Origin: a virus
Lineage: Duplodnaviria; Heunggongvirae; Uroviricota; Caudoviricetes
Strand: one strand, 5' to 3'
Length of the DNA: 64,000 nucleotides
Virus record (IMG/VR): IMGVR_UViG_3300029957_000005
Coordinates: 1 to 64,000 of that record
Shown: piece after piece, positions 45,452-53,910 of the stretch
Position numbering within the stretch: position 1 is the stretch's first letter
How the letters are laid out: each line of letters starts with the position of its first letter
Made by a program: the position numbers and the translations under genes
Notes under the pieces: model-generated
The model's database searches: none
What the model saw: the letters and a program-made list of their open reading frames with translations, nothing else
What the model was told of the DNA's origin: nothing

Positions 45452-46474
45452 TTAGAAGGTTCCACCGTCGAGAGTGACACCGTCGATCGTTCCACCGGTG
45501 ATTGCAACTGCTGAGGCGCTCTGGTAAGCCATGGTTCCGGCCGATGCCAGATCCGCAACGTCGATGACGACAATGCCTGTGTAGCCGTTGACCGAGACCA
45601 CCTGATCGGTGTTGTCGATCTTATCCCAGGCTGCACCGTCCGAAACGATCCAGTCTCCGATTGCCCATTCTGAAATCCCGTCGACTGTCGTTGTTCCGGC
45701 AGTGGTGACGATGTAGTACCAACCCTTGTTTCCAGAGGCGGCCGCAGGGATGGTTGGGCTGTTGGTAGTTGCATTCCATCCACCCTGATAGTTCATTCCA
45801 CCTAGGACTGCATCAGGCAGCTGGGAGGTTGGGACCTTTCCGGATCCATCCAGACCGGCGACTCCGAGAGAAGCACCGATCTGAGTGATGTCGATCTTTG
45901 CGTCCAGAGCAGTCTGAAGTCCGGAGACGGTAGAGATTGCCTGGGTTCCGGTGTGATTTCCACGAGACAGGAGATATGCATCGGACTGGTTGGCCGTTGC
46001 ACCGGAGGCGATGCCTGAGAGCTTGGTGGCTTCGGCTGAAGTGTAGCCCTGGTAGCCGGTGTCGTAGGTGATCGAGATCGTTCCGGACGTGGTGACCGGG
46101 GATCCGGAAACGACGAGTCCTGCTGGGACCGAGACGGCGATCGAAGTGACAGTTCCGGCTCCGGCCCCGGCCATTGCAGCGTTGACCCATGCGACTGTGG
46201 TCAGGTCGTCGTTTGCAGAAGGAGTACCGGAGGTCTTTGGAACAGAACCGAAGGTCTTGATGCCTCCGACTGTCTGATTTCCGGAGAGCATGACCGTTCC
46301 GCCTGGTCCACCGACCGGGATGACCGTGGTTGCGGTTCCACCTCCTCCGCCTGTGCCCTTACCGTAGTAGAGGATGTCGTCTACTTCGTTGTATGCGAGT
46401 TCTGCGTTCAGAAGACTCGAAGGAGCTCCAGGTGCGCCGCCTGAACGACGCTTGATACGAATTGGTGATGCCAC
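45452..46474 (-). CDS. tail-fiber-like protein with poly-Gly hinge and one copy of the shared repeat
   Basis: N-terminus LAYNEVDDILYYGKGTGGGGG. Repeat copy GTVTSIAVSVPAGLVVSGSPVTTSGTISITYDTGYQGYTSAEATKLSGIASGA. Confidence 0.7.
   Translation of the reverse strand: MASPIRIKRRSGGAPGAPSSLLNAELAYNEVDDILYYGKGTGGGGGTATTVIPVGGPGGTVMLSGNQTVGGIKTFGSVPKTSGTPSANDDLTTVAWVNAAMAGAGAGTVTSIAVSVPAGLVVSGSPVTTSGTISITYDTGYQGYTSAEATKLSGIASGATANQSDAYLLSRGNHTGTQAISTVSGLQTALDAKIDITQIGASLGVAGLDGSGKVPTSQLPDAVLGGMNYQGGWNATTNSPTIPAAASGNKGWYYIVTTAGTTTVDGISEWAIGDWIVSDGAAWDKIDNTDQVVSVNGYTGIVVIDVADLASAGTMAYQSASAVAITGGTIDGVTLDGGTF
45988..46156 (-). repeat. fourth copy of the ~170-nt fiber repeat, in the upstream fiber gene
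   Basis: CTTGGTGGCTTCGGCTGAAGTGTAGCCCTGGTAGCC at 46021. Confidence 0.5.
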
Positions 46475-46678
46475 TTAGAAATTACCTCCATCGGTAAGAA
46501 TTAGTCGTGTTTGATTGACCCACTTCTGAGCCGAGGAATCGTAGACAACCACATCGAGGTCCTGCGGATTGATGATTTTCACGTTGAACTGATCCTCCGG
46601 TGGGGCCGGAGGCACTTCTTCATAATTGAAGATCGACTTACCAAATCCAAGTTGAAGCTGGCCGATCGGACCCTGCAT
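46475..46678 (-). CDS. hypothetical small protein, first gene of the minus-strand module
   Basis: TATAAAGG (near-match to T4 late TATAAATA) about 18 nt upstream. Confidence 0.45.
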   Translation of the reverse strand: MQGPIGQLQLGFGKSIFNYEEVPPAPPEDQFNVKIINPQDLDVVVYDSSAQKWVNQTRLILTDGGNF

Positions 46679-46730
46679 GCCTACTCATTTCCTTTATAGA
46701 GTATGTATTTCACCCGAATGTTGTGTTAAG

Positions 46731-47759
46731 ATGGAATCCATGACAGTTCAAGACGATCTCTTCTTTCTCCGCCAGGTTTCAAATAGGCTCCAGCTCTTCA
46801 AACAAGTCGATCGCTACAAGTTCGCATTCAGGTGCTGGTACTGCGGGGACTCCAAGAAGGACGAGTACGCAACCCGAGGCACGTGCTACCCACAGGAGGA
46901 TCACCTTCAGTATGGGTGCTTCAACTGCGGGAAGCAGATCCGGTTCTCTCGGTTCCTCCAGGACCTGGACTCCTCAGTCTACAAGGACTATCTTCGCCAC
47001 AAGTTCCACGGAGTTCATACGGCCGAGCCAAAGAAGGACAAGGTCTCTCCGGAGGATGTGGACTTTCCGGTCCTGTTCAAGCTGACCAAGGTCTTCCCGA
47101 TCTCGGCTTCGACCAAGGCCATGTCCTATCTCAAGTCCAGGTTCGTGACCAAGTTCAACGACATGTACTACACCAACGACGCCTCAGAGGTCATCGGGAA
47201 GTACAAGACGGACATGAAGCCTGAGTCCGTGGCCAGGTTCTCAGGGATGGAGGCGGTTGTCTTCCCACTGATGACCATGGATCGAGCGGTGATCGGAGTT
47301 CAGCTCAGGTTCCTTGAGGGCGACTTCAGGTACATGACCCTCAAGTTCCACGATGACTTCGCCAAGCTCTACCTGACTCCGGGCTTTGATCCTGAGAAGG
47401 AGGTCTGGGTCACCGAAGGCGTCTTTGATGCTCTCATGCTCCCGAACGGTCTGGCAAACCTGGACGCCTCCCTGTCCAGGGTCTCGGATCGAACTCTCCT
47501 GCCAAAGAGCCGGTTCGTATTGGTCCACGACTTCGAACCAAGGAACAAGGACGTCATGAAGGAGATGAAGGACTCGGTCGAAAAGGGCTATCGAGTTTTC
47601 TTCTGGCCGAAGTGGACCAAGGAATTTGGTAAGGATTTGAATGACATAAGGAAGACTTCCAAGGAGGCATTCGATCGTCTCATGAAGGAGAGGAACAAGT
47701 ACGTCAAGTCCGGATTGAGCGCAAAACTCGAAATGCAAAAATTCTTGTCGAATGCCTAA
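46731..47759 (+). CDS. 61: DNA primase gp61
   Basis: Zinc ribbon FRCWYCGDSKKDEYATRG..CFNCG vs T4 FRCPVCGDSKTD..ARG. TOPRIM VTEGVFDAL, FVLVHDFEPRN, VFFWPKW collinear with gp61. Start at the second ATG to match the T4 N-terminal length. Confidence 0.85.
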   Translation: MESMTVQDDLFFLRQVSNRLQLFKQVDRYKFAFRCWYCGDSKKDEYATRGTCYPQEDHLQYGCFNCGKQIRFSRFLQDLDSSVYKDYLRHKFHGVHTAEPKKDKVSPEDVDFPVLFKLTKVFPISASTKAMSYLKSRFVTKFNDMYYTNDASEVIGKYKTDMKPESVARFSGMEAVVFPLMTMDRAVIGVQLRFLEGDFRYMTLKFHDDFAKLYLTPGFDPEKEVWVTEGVFDALMLPNGLANLDASLSRVSDRTLLPKSRFVLVHDFEPRNKDVMKEMKDSVEKGYRVFFWPKWTKEFGKDLNDIRKTSKEAFDRLMKERNKYVKSGLSAKLEMQKFLSNA

Positions 47760-47830
47760 GTTTCATTGTACTTTTTGAAGAATCAGAGATATACTGACAC
47801 TATCGAAACACAGTCCCGAGGACGAACCCA

Positions 47831-48082
47831 ATGATTACCTATGATGAAGTCCGTTCCGGTGTGGTTTCCGAACAGTCTCCTCACGATTTCTATGCATTCG
47901 CATCCGACCTCTACAATGCGGTGCCCGGACTTCGTACAGGGTTCCCGAAGATCATCGAAACGTCCATCGGGAACAGCCTTCCGTTCGTCGCATCGTCCAA
48001 GAAGGTCGACGACGGAGACGTGCTCTACGTTCGCTATCGCCAGTCGAACGGGTGCATCACCCTCGTAGTCTACAACGACTAA
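47831..48082 (+). CDS. hypothetical protein
   Basis: ORF track. Confidence 0.45.
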   Translation: MITYDEVRSGVVSEQSPHDFYAFASDLYNAVPGLRTGFPKIIETSIGNSLPFVASSKKVDDGDVLYVRYRQSNGCITLVVYND

Positions 48083-48113
48083 GAGTCTTTCAACAAAAAC
48101 AAAAGGGAAATAA

Positions 48114-48356
48114 ATGAGCGAAAACTCCTCCGCGCTCCGTGCTTACGTCGAGAGAATCGAACGTGAGAACGAAGCAAAGAAAGACATCCAAGAAGGCATC
48201 AAGGAAATCTTCGCCGAGCTCAAGGGCAACGGCTATGACCCCAAGATCGTCCGACTCCTGATTCGTCGCCGGGCCAAGGACCGTGCGGAACTCGAAGAAG
48301 AAGAGTCCCTCCTGGAAATGTACGAAAAAGCAGTCGCAATCGGAATGGGTGCATAA
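48114..48356 (+). CDS. hypothetical helical protein
   Basis: RBS AAGGGAAA. Confidence 0.5.
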   Translation: MSENSSALRAYVERIERENEAKKDIQEGIKEIFAELKGNGYDPKIVRLLIRRRAKDRAELEEEESLLEMYEKAVAIGMGA

Positions 48357-48359
48357 GAA

Positions 48360-48659
48360 ATGCGGTTTCACGTCAAGGACAAAACTGGCCAGAAGATCTT
48401 CATCGGCTTCCAGGTTAAGAAGTACCGAATGGTCTTCTACACCCACGGCATCATGAAGTCGGTGGCCGACTGGGAGAAGGTGGTCAAGGGGACCTACGGC
48501 AACAAGATCTTCGACGAAGATCCGGCCGGTGAAAACCAGATCGACTGGGATCAGTTCATGAAGTTCGTGGACCACTGCCAGTACCATTCCAACGCCAAGT
48601 GGGCAAACAACTATCGCCGGTTCGGCGAATACAACTTCAGTCACAACGTCAAGGAGTAG
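48360..48659 (+). CDS. hypothetical protein
   Basis: ORF track. Confidence 0.5.
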   Translation: MRFHVKDKTGQKIFIGFQVKKYRMVFYTHGIMKSVADWEKVVKGTYGNKIFDEDPAGENQIDWDQFMKFVDHCQYHSNAKWANNYRRFGEYNFSHNVKE

Positions 48660-48664
48660 AGCAA

Positions 48665-48979
48665 ATGACTCGCATAGTTTCCGTTGTAGTTCTCGGATCC
48701 GTCCAGAACTATGAGCAATCCCGCTATGCGATCTTTGTTACCGATCGTGAGAACCTCGACCTCGTGGTCAACGAGAACATCGAGTTCTTGAACGAACAGC
48801 TGGAGACAGCCACGATCGTCCAGGGTGCAGTCCACAAAGCCCTGATCCTCGCGGACTTCGAAGCCGACGTCGTTGCAAACGACTCTGAAACCGGAGACGG
48901 GTACCTTCCCGGTATCCTTCTCCACCACCTCACCACGTGCCGGATTGCTCCGGATGCGTTTACCGTAATCCCTCTCTGA
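48665..48979 (+). CDS. hypothetical protein
   Basis: Internal ATG after upstream stop. Confidence 0.45.
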   Translation: MTRIVSVVVLGSVQNYEQSRYAIFVTDRENLDLVVNENIEFLNEQLETATIVQGAVHKALILADFEADVVANDSETGDGYLPGILLHHLTTCRIAPDAFTVIPL

Positions 48980-48992
48980 ACAAGGATCCAAG

Positions 48993-49226
48993 ATGGGAAA
49001 GAAGAAAAGCCGTGCAAAGTACGAGTCCAAAGGCGGACTCGGTGGTCGCTTCCTCGCCGGAGCATGCTCCAAGTCTCCGCTCGAGACCGTTCTCAACAAG
49101 TGGGAAGCATTCAAGGCCGGCAAGAAGGCCTATGTGACCATCCCGAACCCCAACACGGCTGAGACCAACAAGCGTTGGATCCGAGTCGAAATGCGTACCC
49201 AGTACGCCGACCCGAAGAAGCGCTGA
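48993..49226 (+). CDS. hypothetical basic protein
   Basis: ORF track; RBS. Confidence 0.45.
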   Translation: MGKKKSRAKYESKGGLGGRFLAGACSKSPLETVLNKWEAFKAGKKAYVTIPNPNTAETNKRWIRVEMRTQYADPKKR

Positions 49227-49228
49227 TA

Positions 49229-49627
49229 ATGAGCGAGGCAACCTATATTCTGGTTGGCAAGGAGGATCCGCTTACTCAAGCGGTCCTCACCCTCGCCCAG
49301 ATCGGCGTCATCGAGTGGCAGGAAAAGCAGACCGACGAGATCGAATCGACCATTCGATACACTCTCTCGGGCAGCCCAACCACCCTCATCAGTCTCACCT
49401 ATTCGTCCTTCATGAGCAGCGAATCGCTCACCGGATGGATCAACAAGACCTATCAGTTTCAATTCATGTACAAGAATTTTCTCGGCTTCAAGAGCCGCGG
49501 CTTCCAGAGACTCGAGGACTACAAGAAGATCCTTAAGTCCCGTCGCCGTGGAGACTCTCATTCCATCGACATCTACGTCGAGAGTGCACTTGAGCGTCTC
49601 GTCAAGGAATTGACGAAAGTTCAGTAA
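49229..49627 (+). CDS. hypothetical protein
   Basis: ATG 2 nt after upstream stop. Confidence 0.5.
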   Translation: MSEATYILVGKEDPLTQAVLTLAQIGVIEWQEKQTDEIESTIRYTLSGSPTTLISLTYSSFMSSESLTGWINKTYQFQFMYKNFLGFKSRGFQRLEDYKKILKSRRRGDSHSIDIYVESALERLVKELTKVQ

Positions 49628-49642
49628 TTCTTCGATTCCGTA

Positions 49643-49671
49643 TTTACAAGAGGATTTAGGTGGTGTATTCT
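49643..49671 (+). promoter_or_regulatory. sigma70-like promoter TTTACA-N17-TATTCT with upstream TTCCGTA element, followed by 9-bp palindrome TCTGTCTTC/GAAGACAGA
   Basis: Palindrome 49670-49697 ends in the ATG of the small ORF. Confidence 0.45.
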
Positions 49672-49695
49672 GTCTTCAACAAACGGAGAAGACAG

Positions 49696-49806
49696 ATGCA
49701 CAATCCCTACGCAAAGTCCCTTTCGTCCAAGCTCTTCCAGAAGAAAGCCATTCGCGCCAAGAAGGGTCGTGGTTCCTACACCCGTCGCGACAAGCACGCA
49801 AAGTGA
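49696..49806 (+). CDS. small highly basic protein (36 aa), not in ORF track
   Basis: MHNPYAKSLSSKLFQKKAIRAKKGRGSYTRRDKHAK with C-ending codons. Ends in AAGTGA overlapping the next gene. Confidence 0.35.
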   Translation: MHNPYAKSLSSKLFQKKAIRAKKGRGSYTRRDKHAK

Positions 49807-49817
49807 GAATTGATCAC

Positions 49818-51155
49818 ATGATCGTCGATATGTGCGACATCCCCTACGGGTGGACCTGCGGTTTTCCTCGTCCGATCTTCGATACGGACAAAGCTTCTCC
49901 GGAAGCGATGAGGGACTATTTCCGACGTCACGGCGTCGTCGAAGAGCCTCTCCATCTCCGTTACTTCCACTCGGAGATCAATGTCACAGATCTCAAGGAG
50001 AACTATCGGATCGCCATCCCAGGTTTCGTCTATGAAATCCTTGCCGTCCTGAACCAGTGCGGTCATCAGGCCTATGCGGTCGGTGGTGCGGTTCGTGACT
50101 CCTTCCTGAATCGTCCAATCAAGGACTGGGACGTTTCCACCTCCGCCACCCCTCAGCAGGTGACCAACATCTTTGAGAACCTGATGGTTCCTGTTCATCC
50201 GACCGGGATCGCCCATGGGACGGTCACCGTGGTCTTCGGTGGTGAGAACATCGAGGTGACGACCTTCCGGACCGATGTGAACACCGATGGTCGTCATGCC
50301 GAGGTCGCCTTCTCGGACAACATCGTCGAGGACGCCTATCGTCGGGATTTGACGATCAATGCTCTCTATGCCGATCGGGACGGTCGAGTCTTCGATCCGA
50401 CCACCGAAGGTCTCTATGACCTGATGAACCAGAAGATCAGAATGGTCGGTTCCCCGAGGGATCGGATCAACGAGGACACCCTTCGCATCCTGAGAGCGGT
50501 TCGGTTCGCCGGTCAGCTGGACTTCCAGATCGAAGCCCACACAGCCTACGTGATTCACAACTGTGAAGCCGACGTCCTTAGGAACCTGAGTCTGGAGAGG
50601 ATCATCTCCGAGCTGGAGCGCATCCGTCCATCCCACGTCAAGGTCATTGCCAAATTCCTTGCTCCGGTGTTCGGGGTCCAGCATCTCCACCTGCCTTACG
50701 AGGAGCACATCCTTGAAGAGCTTTCGAAGATGCCGTGGTTCTATCTCTACATCTTCGCCAAGGTCCCTGGTCAGTGGTTCACCGCCAATCCTGTGATCTC
50801 CAAGGACGTCAAGAGAGCAGTCAAGCTCCTCCTGAACATGTCCTATGGAGTCCCGATGGACTCCTGGGACGCAGCTCAGCGCTTCGGCCTGGAGGAGATT
50901 CGTCTCGTCCAGAAGTTCTATCTCCTGAAGCATCCGAGTGGAGAGGTTCCGAAGATGCCTTTCTTCCACACTCTACCGGTAGCGCTTGTCAAGAACCCAG
51001 TCGGATCCGCCGACTTCATAGAGGAATTCAAGGGCCCTGAGCTCGGGAAGATCCTCGATATTGCCAACACTCTTCACGCCGAATTCAGGTTCAGCCTGAA
51101 CAAAGAAGAATTGTCAAAACTCGCAAGGATAAAGTATAATCACTTCTATGGATAA
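49818..51155 (+). CDS. tRNA nucleotidyltransferase (CCA-adding enzyme, class II head domain)
   Basis: AVGGAVRDSFL...DWDVST (GGxVRD/DxD) and RRDLTINALY motifs. Confidence 0.8.
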   Translation: MIVDMCDIPYGWTCGFPRPIFDTDKASPEAMRDYFRRHGVVEEPLHLRYFHSEINVTDLKENYRIAIPGFVYEILAVLNQCGHQAYAVGGAVRDSFLNRPIKDWDVSTSATPQQVTNIFENLMVPVHPTGIAHGTVTVVFGGENIEVTTFRTDVNTDGRHAEVAFSDNIVEDAYRRDLTINALYADRDGRVFDPTTEGLYDLMNQKIRMVGSPRDRINEDTLRILRAVRFAGQLDFQIEAHTAYVIHNCEADVLRNLSLERIISELERIRPSHVKVIAKFLAPVFGVQHLHLPYEEHILEELSKMPWFYLYIFAKVPGQWFTANPVISKDVKRAVKLLLNMSYGVPMDSWDAAQRFGLEEIRLVQKFYLLKHPSGEVPKMPFFHTLPVALVKNPVGSADFIEEFKGPELGKILDIANTLHAEFRFSLNKEELSKLARIKYNHFYG

Positions 51156-51753
51156 ATTCACATGCGCGCCGAGAGTCGGCGATTGGATGCAAACCTATAC
51201 CGGCCGTAAGTTCTGGCCCCTGGACCCCCGAGTAGAAGATTTCGACATCCTGGACATAGCTCACGCTTTGTCCTTGACCTGTCGCTTCAACGGCCACTGC
51301 ATCGAGTTCTATTCGGTGGCCGAACACTCATGTCACATCTACGACAAGGCTCCGTACCCGAAGAAGAAGCAGGCGCTTCTTCATGATGCTCCGGAAGGCT
51401 ACATTTCGGACATCGTCACTCCTCTCAAGAGGTACATGCCGGAGTTCCGGGAGATCGAGGACAAGATATTCAGGTCCTTGGCTCGTCGATACGAAGTCAG
51501 CGCCGAGATCGATCCTATTGTCCACATTCTGGACAAGTCCATCGTTCGAGACGAATTGATCAACATGAGGAATGTGCCGGCCGAATGGAACATTCCTGCT
51601 CGAGGCATCGGAGTCAAAATTCAGCTCTGGTCTCCGAAGAGGGCCGAATACGAGTTCCTCAAGAGAGCCAAGGCCTGTGGCATCGACACCGGTCCTATCA
51701 CTCACCCACTCATTCAGAAGGTCTCGTCCTTCTTCAACCGAAAAGGAAACTGA
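51148..51753 (+). CDS. HD-domain phosphohydrolase (YfbR-like 5'-deoxynucleotidase family)
   Basis: H...HD...D arrangement: SVAEHSCH, LLHDAPE, D residues downstream. Confidence 0.65.
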   Translation: MDKFTCAPRVGDWMQTYTGRKFWPLDPRVEDFDILDIAHALSLTCRFNGHCIEFYSVAEHSCHIYDKAPYPKKKQALLHDAPEGYISDIVTPLKRYMPEFREIEDKIFRSLARRYEVSAEIDPIVHILDKSIVRDELINMRNVPAEWNIPARGIGVKIQLWSPKRAEYEFLKRAKACGIDTGPITHPLIQKVSSFFNRKGN

Positions 51754-51754
51754 C

Positions 51755-52150
51755 ATGAACAGCCTATCCTGGATTCTCTACTTCGCCGACGTCCTCTCGA
51801 AGCTTGGTGATATCTTCGCCGGACTTGGAGCGGTCCTCATGTTCGTCTCCATCGTCTGCATCATTCCGGGCTTCCTGGTCGTCTGGCAATATTCCAGCGA
51901 GCAGTTCGCCCAGTCCAAACGGACCTTCGGCCGCATCTCCTTGATCGGCATCCCGATCGCAACCTTCATGATCATCGTCTCGATCTTCATCCCTTCCAAG
52001 GAGACCATGTACATGATCGCTGCCTCAGAGGTCGGTGAGACCGTCATGACTTCGAACGACGGCAAGGAGATCTACGCCGAACTCAAGTCCACGATCCTGG
52101 ACAACATTCGTCAGCTCCGCACCCAGGCTGAGAAGGGATCCGGCAAGTGA
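51755..52150 (+). CDS. membrane protein (2 TM)
   Basis: Internal ATG after HD stop; hydrophobic helices. Confidence 0.5.
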   Translation: MNSLSWILYFADVLSKLGDIFAGLGAVLMFVSIVCIIPGFLVVWQYSSEQFAQSKRTFGRISLIGIPIATFMIIVSIFIPSKETMYMIAASEVGETVMTSNDGKEIYAELKSTILDNIRQLRTQAEKGSGK

Positions 52151-52563
52151 GCGACGTCCACGTAAAGCTTCAGGCAGATAAGGTCGAGGAATTCCTCGAG
52201 CTCAAGATCCGGTACTACAACGAACACTGGAAGATCGCCAAGGAGGAAGCTTATTCCTTCATGGCCAATCGCCTCAAGAAGACTTGGTTCGGTTTGATCA
52301 AGCGTCCTTTCACCGACAAGGAGAGGAGCGATCTCGTGAGCCTCCACTTCGGATGGGCTTCGACCTACTATACCAATCGTTTGGATCGCATCGCCGAGCG
52401 GGCCAAGTGGTCAAAGACCAACAACGGCGGCTTCAACGAAGTCTATCTCTCGACCTATGAGTTCCAGGACTACATCACAAACCCCTCGGATCAGATCGAG
52501 GAATACGAGGACCGGTTCAGACTGGTCATTCGCAATATGTCAGTTCTGGCGGATGTGATCTGA
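52147..52563 (+). CDS. hypothetical protein
   Basis: GTGA overlap. Confidence 0.5.
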   Translation: MSDVHVKLQADKVEEFLELKIRYYNEHWKIAKEEAYSFMANRLKKTWFGLIKRPFTDKERSDLVSLHFGWASTYYTNRLDRIAERAKWSKTNNGGFNEVYLSTYEFQDYITNPSDQIEEYEDRFRLVIRNMSVLADVI

Positions 52564-52835
52564 TGAAGCAGCTGGAATTCGAATTCGAAGTCTCGATCTT
52601 TCCACAGGCTTTCGAAGGCCGGGCTCGCCTCCTGTTCGGAGATCCCTTCCCGGACGGAAAGCCGGATGGAGACTACTACATCAAGAAGAACCACTACTGC
52701 TCTTCTCCTGACAAGGAGTACGGCGTCTGGAAGCGAACCTATGCTTCCGTTGAGGTGGATTGGGACTACATCGTCCACGCCTCCAAGGACGAAGCAGACG
52801 AACTGGTAAAGGTCGGCTATGCAAGATACTGGTGA
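52563..52835 (+). CDS. hypothetical protein
   Basis: ORF track. Confidence 0.45.
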   Translation: MKQLEFEFEVSIFPQAFEGRARLLFGDPFPDGKPDGDYYIKKNHYCSSPDKEYGVWKRTYASVEVDWDYIVHASKDEADELVKVGYARYW

Positions 52836-53091
52836 AGAAGTTCAAACCATTCGCCTGAGCCACTGGATCCGTCGAGGCAATATGCTCCTAAATGCGAGCT
52901 GTCTGGACCTCGACGATCCCGAACATCTGTTCAATCAAGCCCTGGAACAAGGGGTCGATCCGACGGACTTCGGGATCGAGGATCCACTCGAAGAAATGTT
53001 CGGAGACTGGTCTGTGTCCAAGCTCCGTCGTGAAGTCTACAATCTCAGGAAGGAACTGGAATCAGTCCTTCGCTGGCAAGCGGCAGGTTGA
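52819..53091 (+). CDS. hypothetical acidic protein
   Basis: ORF track. Confidence 0.45.
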   Translation: MQDTGEEVQTIRLSHWIRRGNMLLNASCLDLDDPEHLFNQALEQGVDPTDFGIEDPLEEMFGDWSVSKLRREVYNLRKELESVLRWQAAG

Positions 53092-53092
53092 T

Positions 53093-53287
53093 ATGGATCT
53101 CAAGGCTCTACACACCCTCGTGATGGCGATGGCCGACGGCTACGCCTTCAACACCTTCACACCGGAGGACGATGAGTTCGATCGGACCATGCTCCTCGTC
53201 GAAAACCCGAAGTATGATCCAATCAATGGAGAGGATCCGTATCTTGTCCTTGACCTCAATGAGTTCAAGGATTTTTGTAAATCCTGA
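53093..53287 (+). CDS. hypothetical protein (64 aa)
   Basis: ATG after upstream TGA; the longer ORF 52892 has junk N-terminus. Confidence 0.4.
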   Translation: MDLKALHTLVMAMADGYAFNTFTPEDDEFDRTMLLVENPKYDPINGEDPYLVLDLNEFKDFCKS

Positions 53288-53298
53288 CGAAAATACGG

Positions 53299-53326
53299 TT
53301 TACAAAGTCTGGAATCAGTTTAGAGT
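53299..53326 (+). promoter_or_regulatory. sigma70-like promoter TTTACA-N16-TAGAGT
   Basis: Preceded by GAAAATACGG, the reverse complement of the CCGTATTTTC upstream element. Confidence 0.4.
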
Positions 53327-53558
53327 GATCATCAACGAAACAGAGATCGCTCCAATGTTCAAGATCCACTACACAATTCGAATGACCTTTGGTCCTCTCG
53401 CCGGACTCGACATTCCATGTTCGATCACCTATCCGGAAAGCTCCCGAGCTCGAGTCGTCGCCAGCTTCGACACGGACATTCGCGATCGTCGGATCATCAA
53501 TGGGATCGGTCACTCTCGCTATACGATCGAGAGCTATTGGATCGAGGAAAACCTCTAG

Positions 53559-53865
53559 CATGTGCAAACCTAAAGCCGGAAAGCTGACTACGAACGCGCG
53601 GCGGCACCGCATCAATCTCCTCAAGAAATCCCAAGGAATGAACTGCTGCTACTGCGACGTCGAGATGATCGAGGTCCCGAGAGTGGATGGAGTCACTCCT
53701 CCGAAGACCTCCCTGACTCTGGAGCACCTCAAGAGGATCGAGGACGGCGGCACCCACGCCATGGATAATCTAGCCCTGGCCTGCTTCGAATGCAATTACT
53801 ACAGAGGAAATATCGATTGGTTCACCTACAAGTCCTACAGACAGGGTGAACTCTGGGCAGCATAG
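53559..53865 (+). CDS. HNH endonuclease
   Basis: CCYCDVEM...TLEHLKRIEDGGTHAMDNLALACFECNYYRG = HNH zinc-finger nuclease motif. Confidence 0.7.
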
Positions 53866-53910
53866 ATATACCCGATTAATACTTTGACTTCCTTTCCAGG
53901 AGACATCGAG

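Noticed and set aside
49776-50969. 397-aa minus-strand ORF
   Set aside because: Antisense to the CCA-adding enzyme gene.
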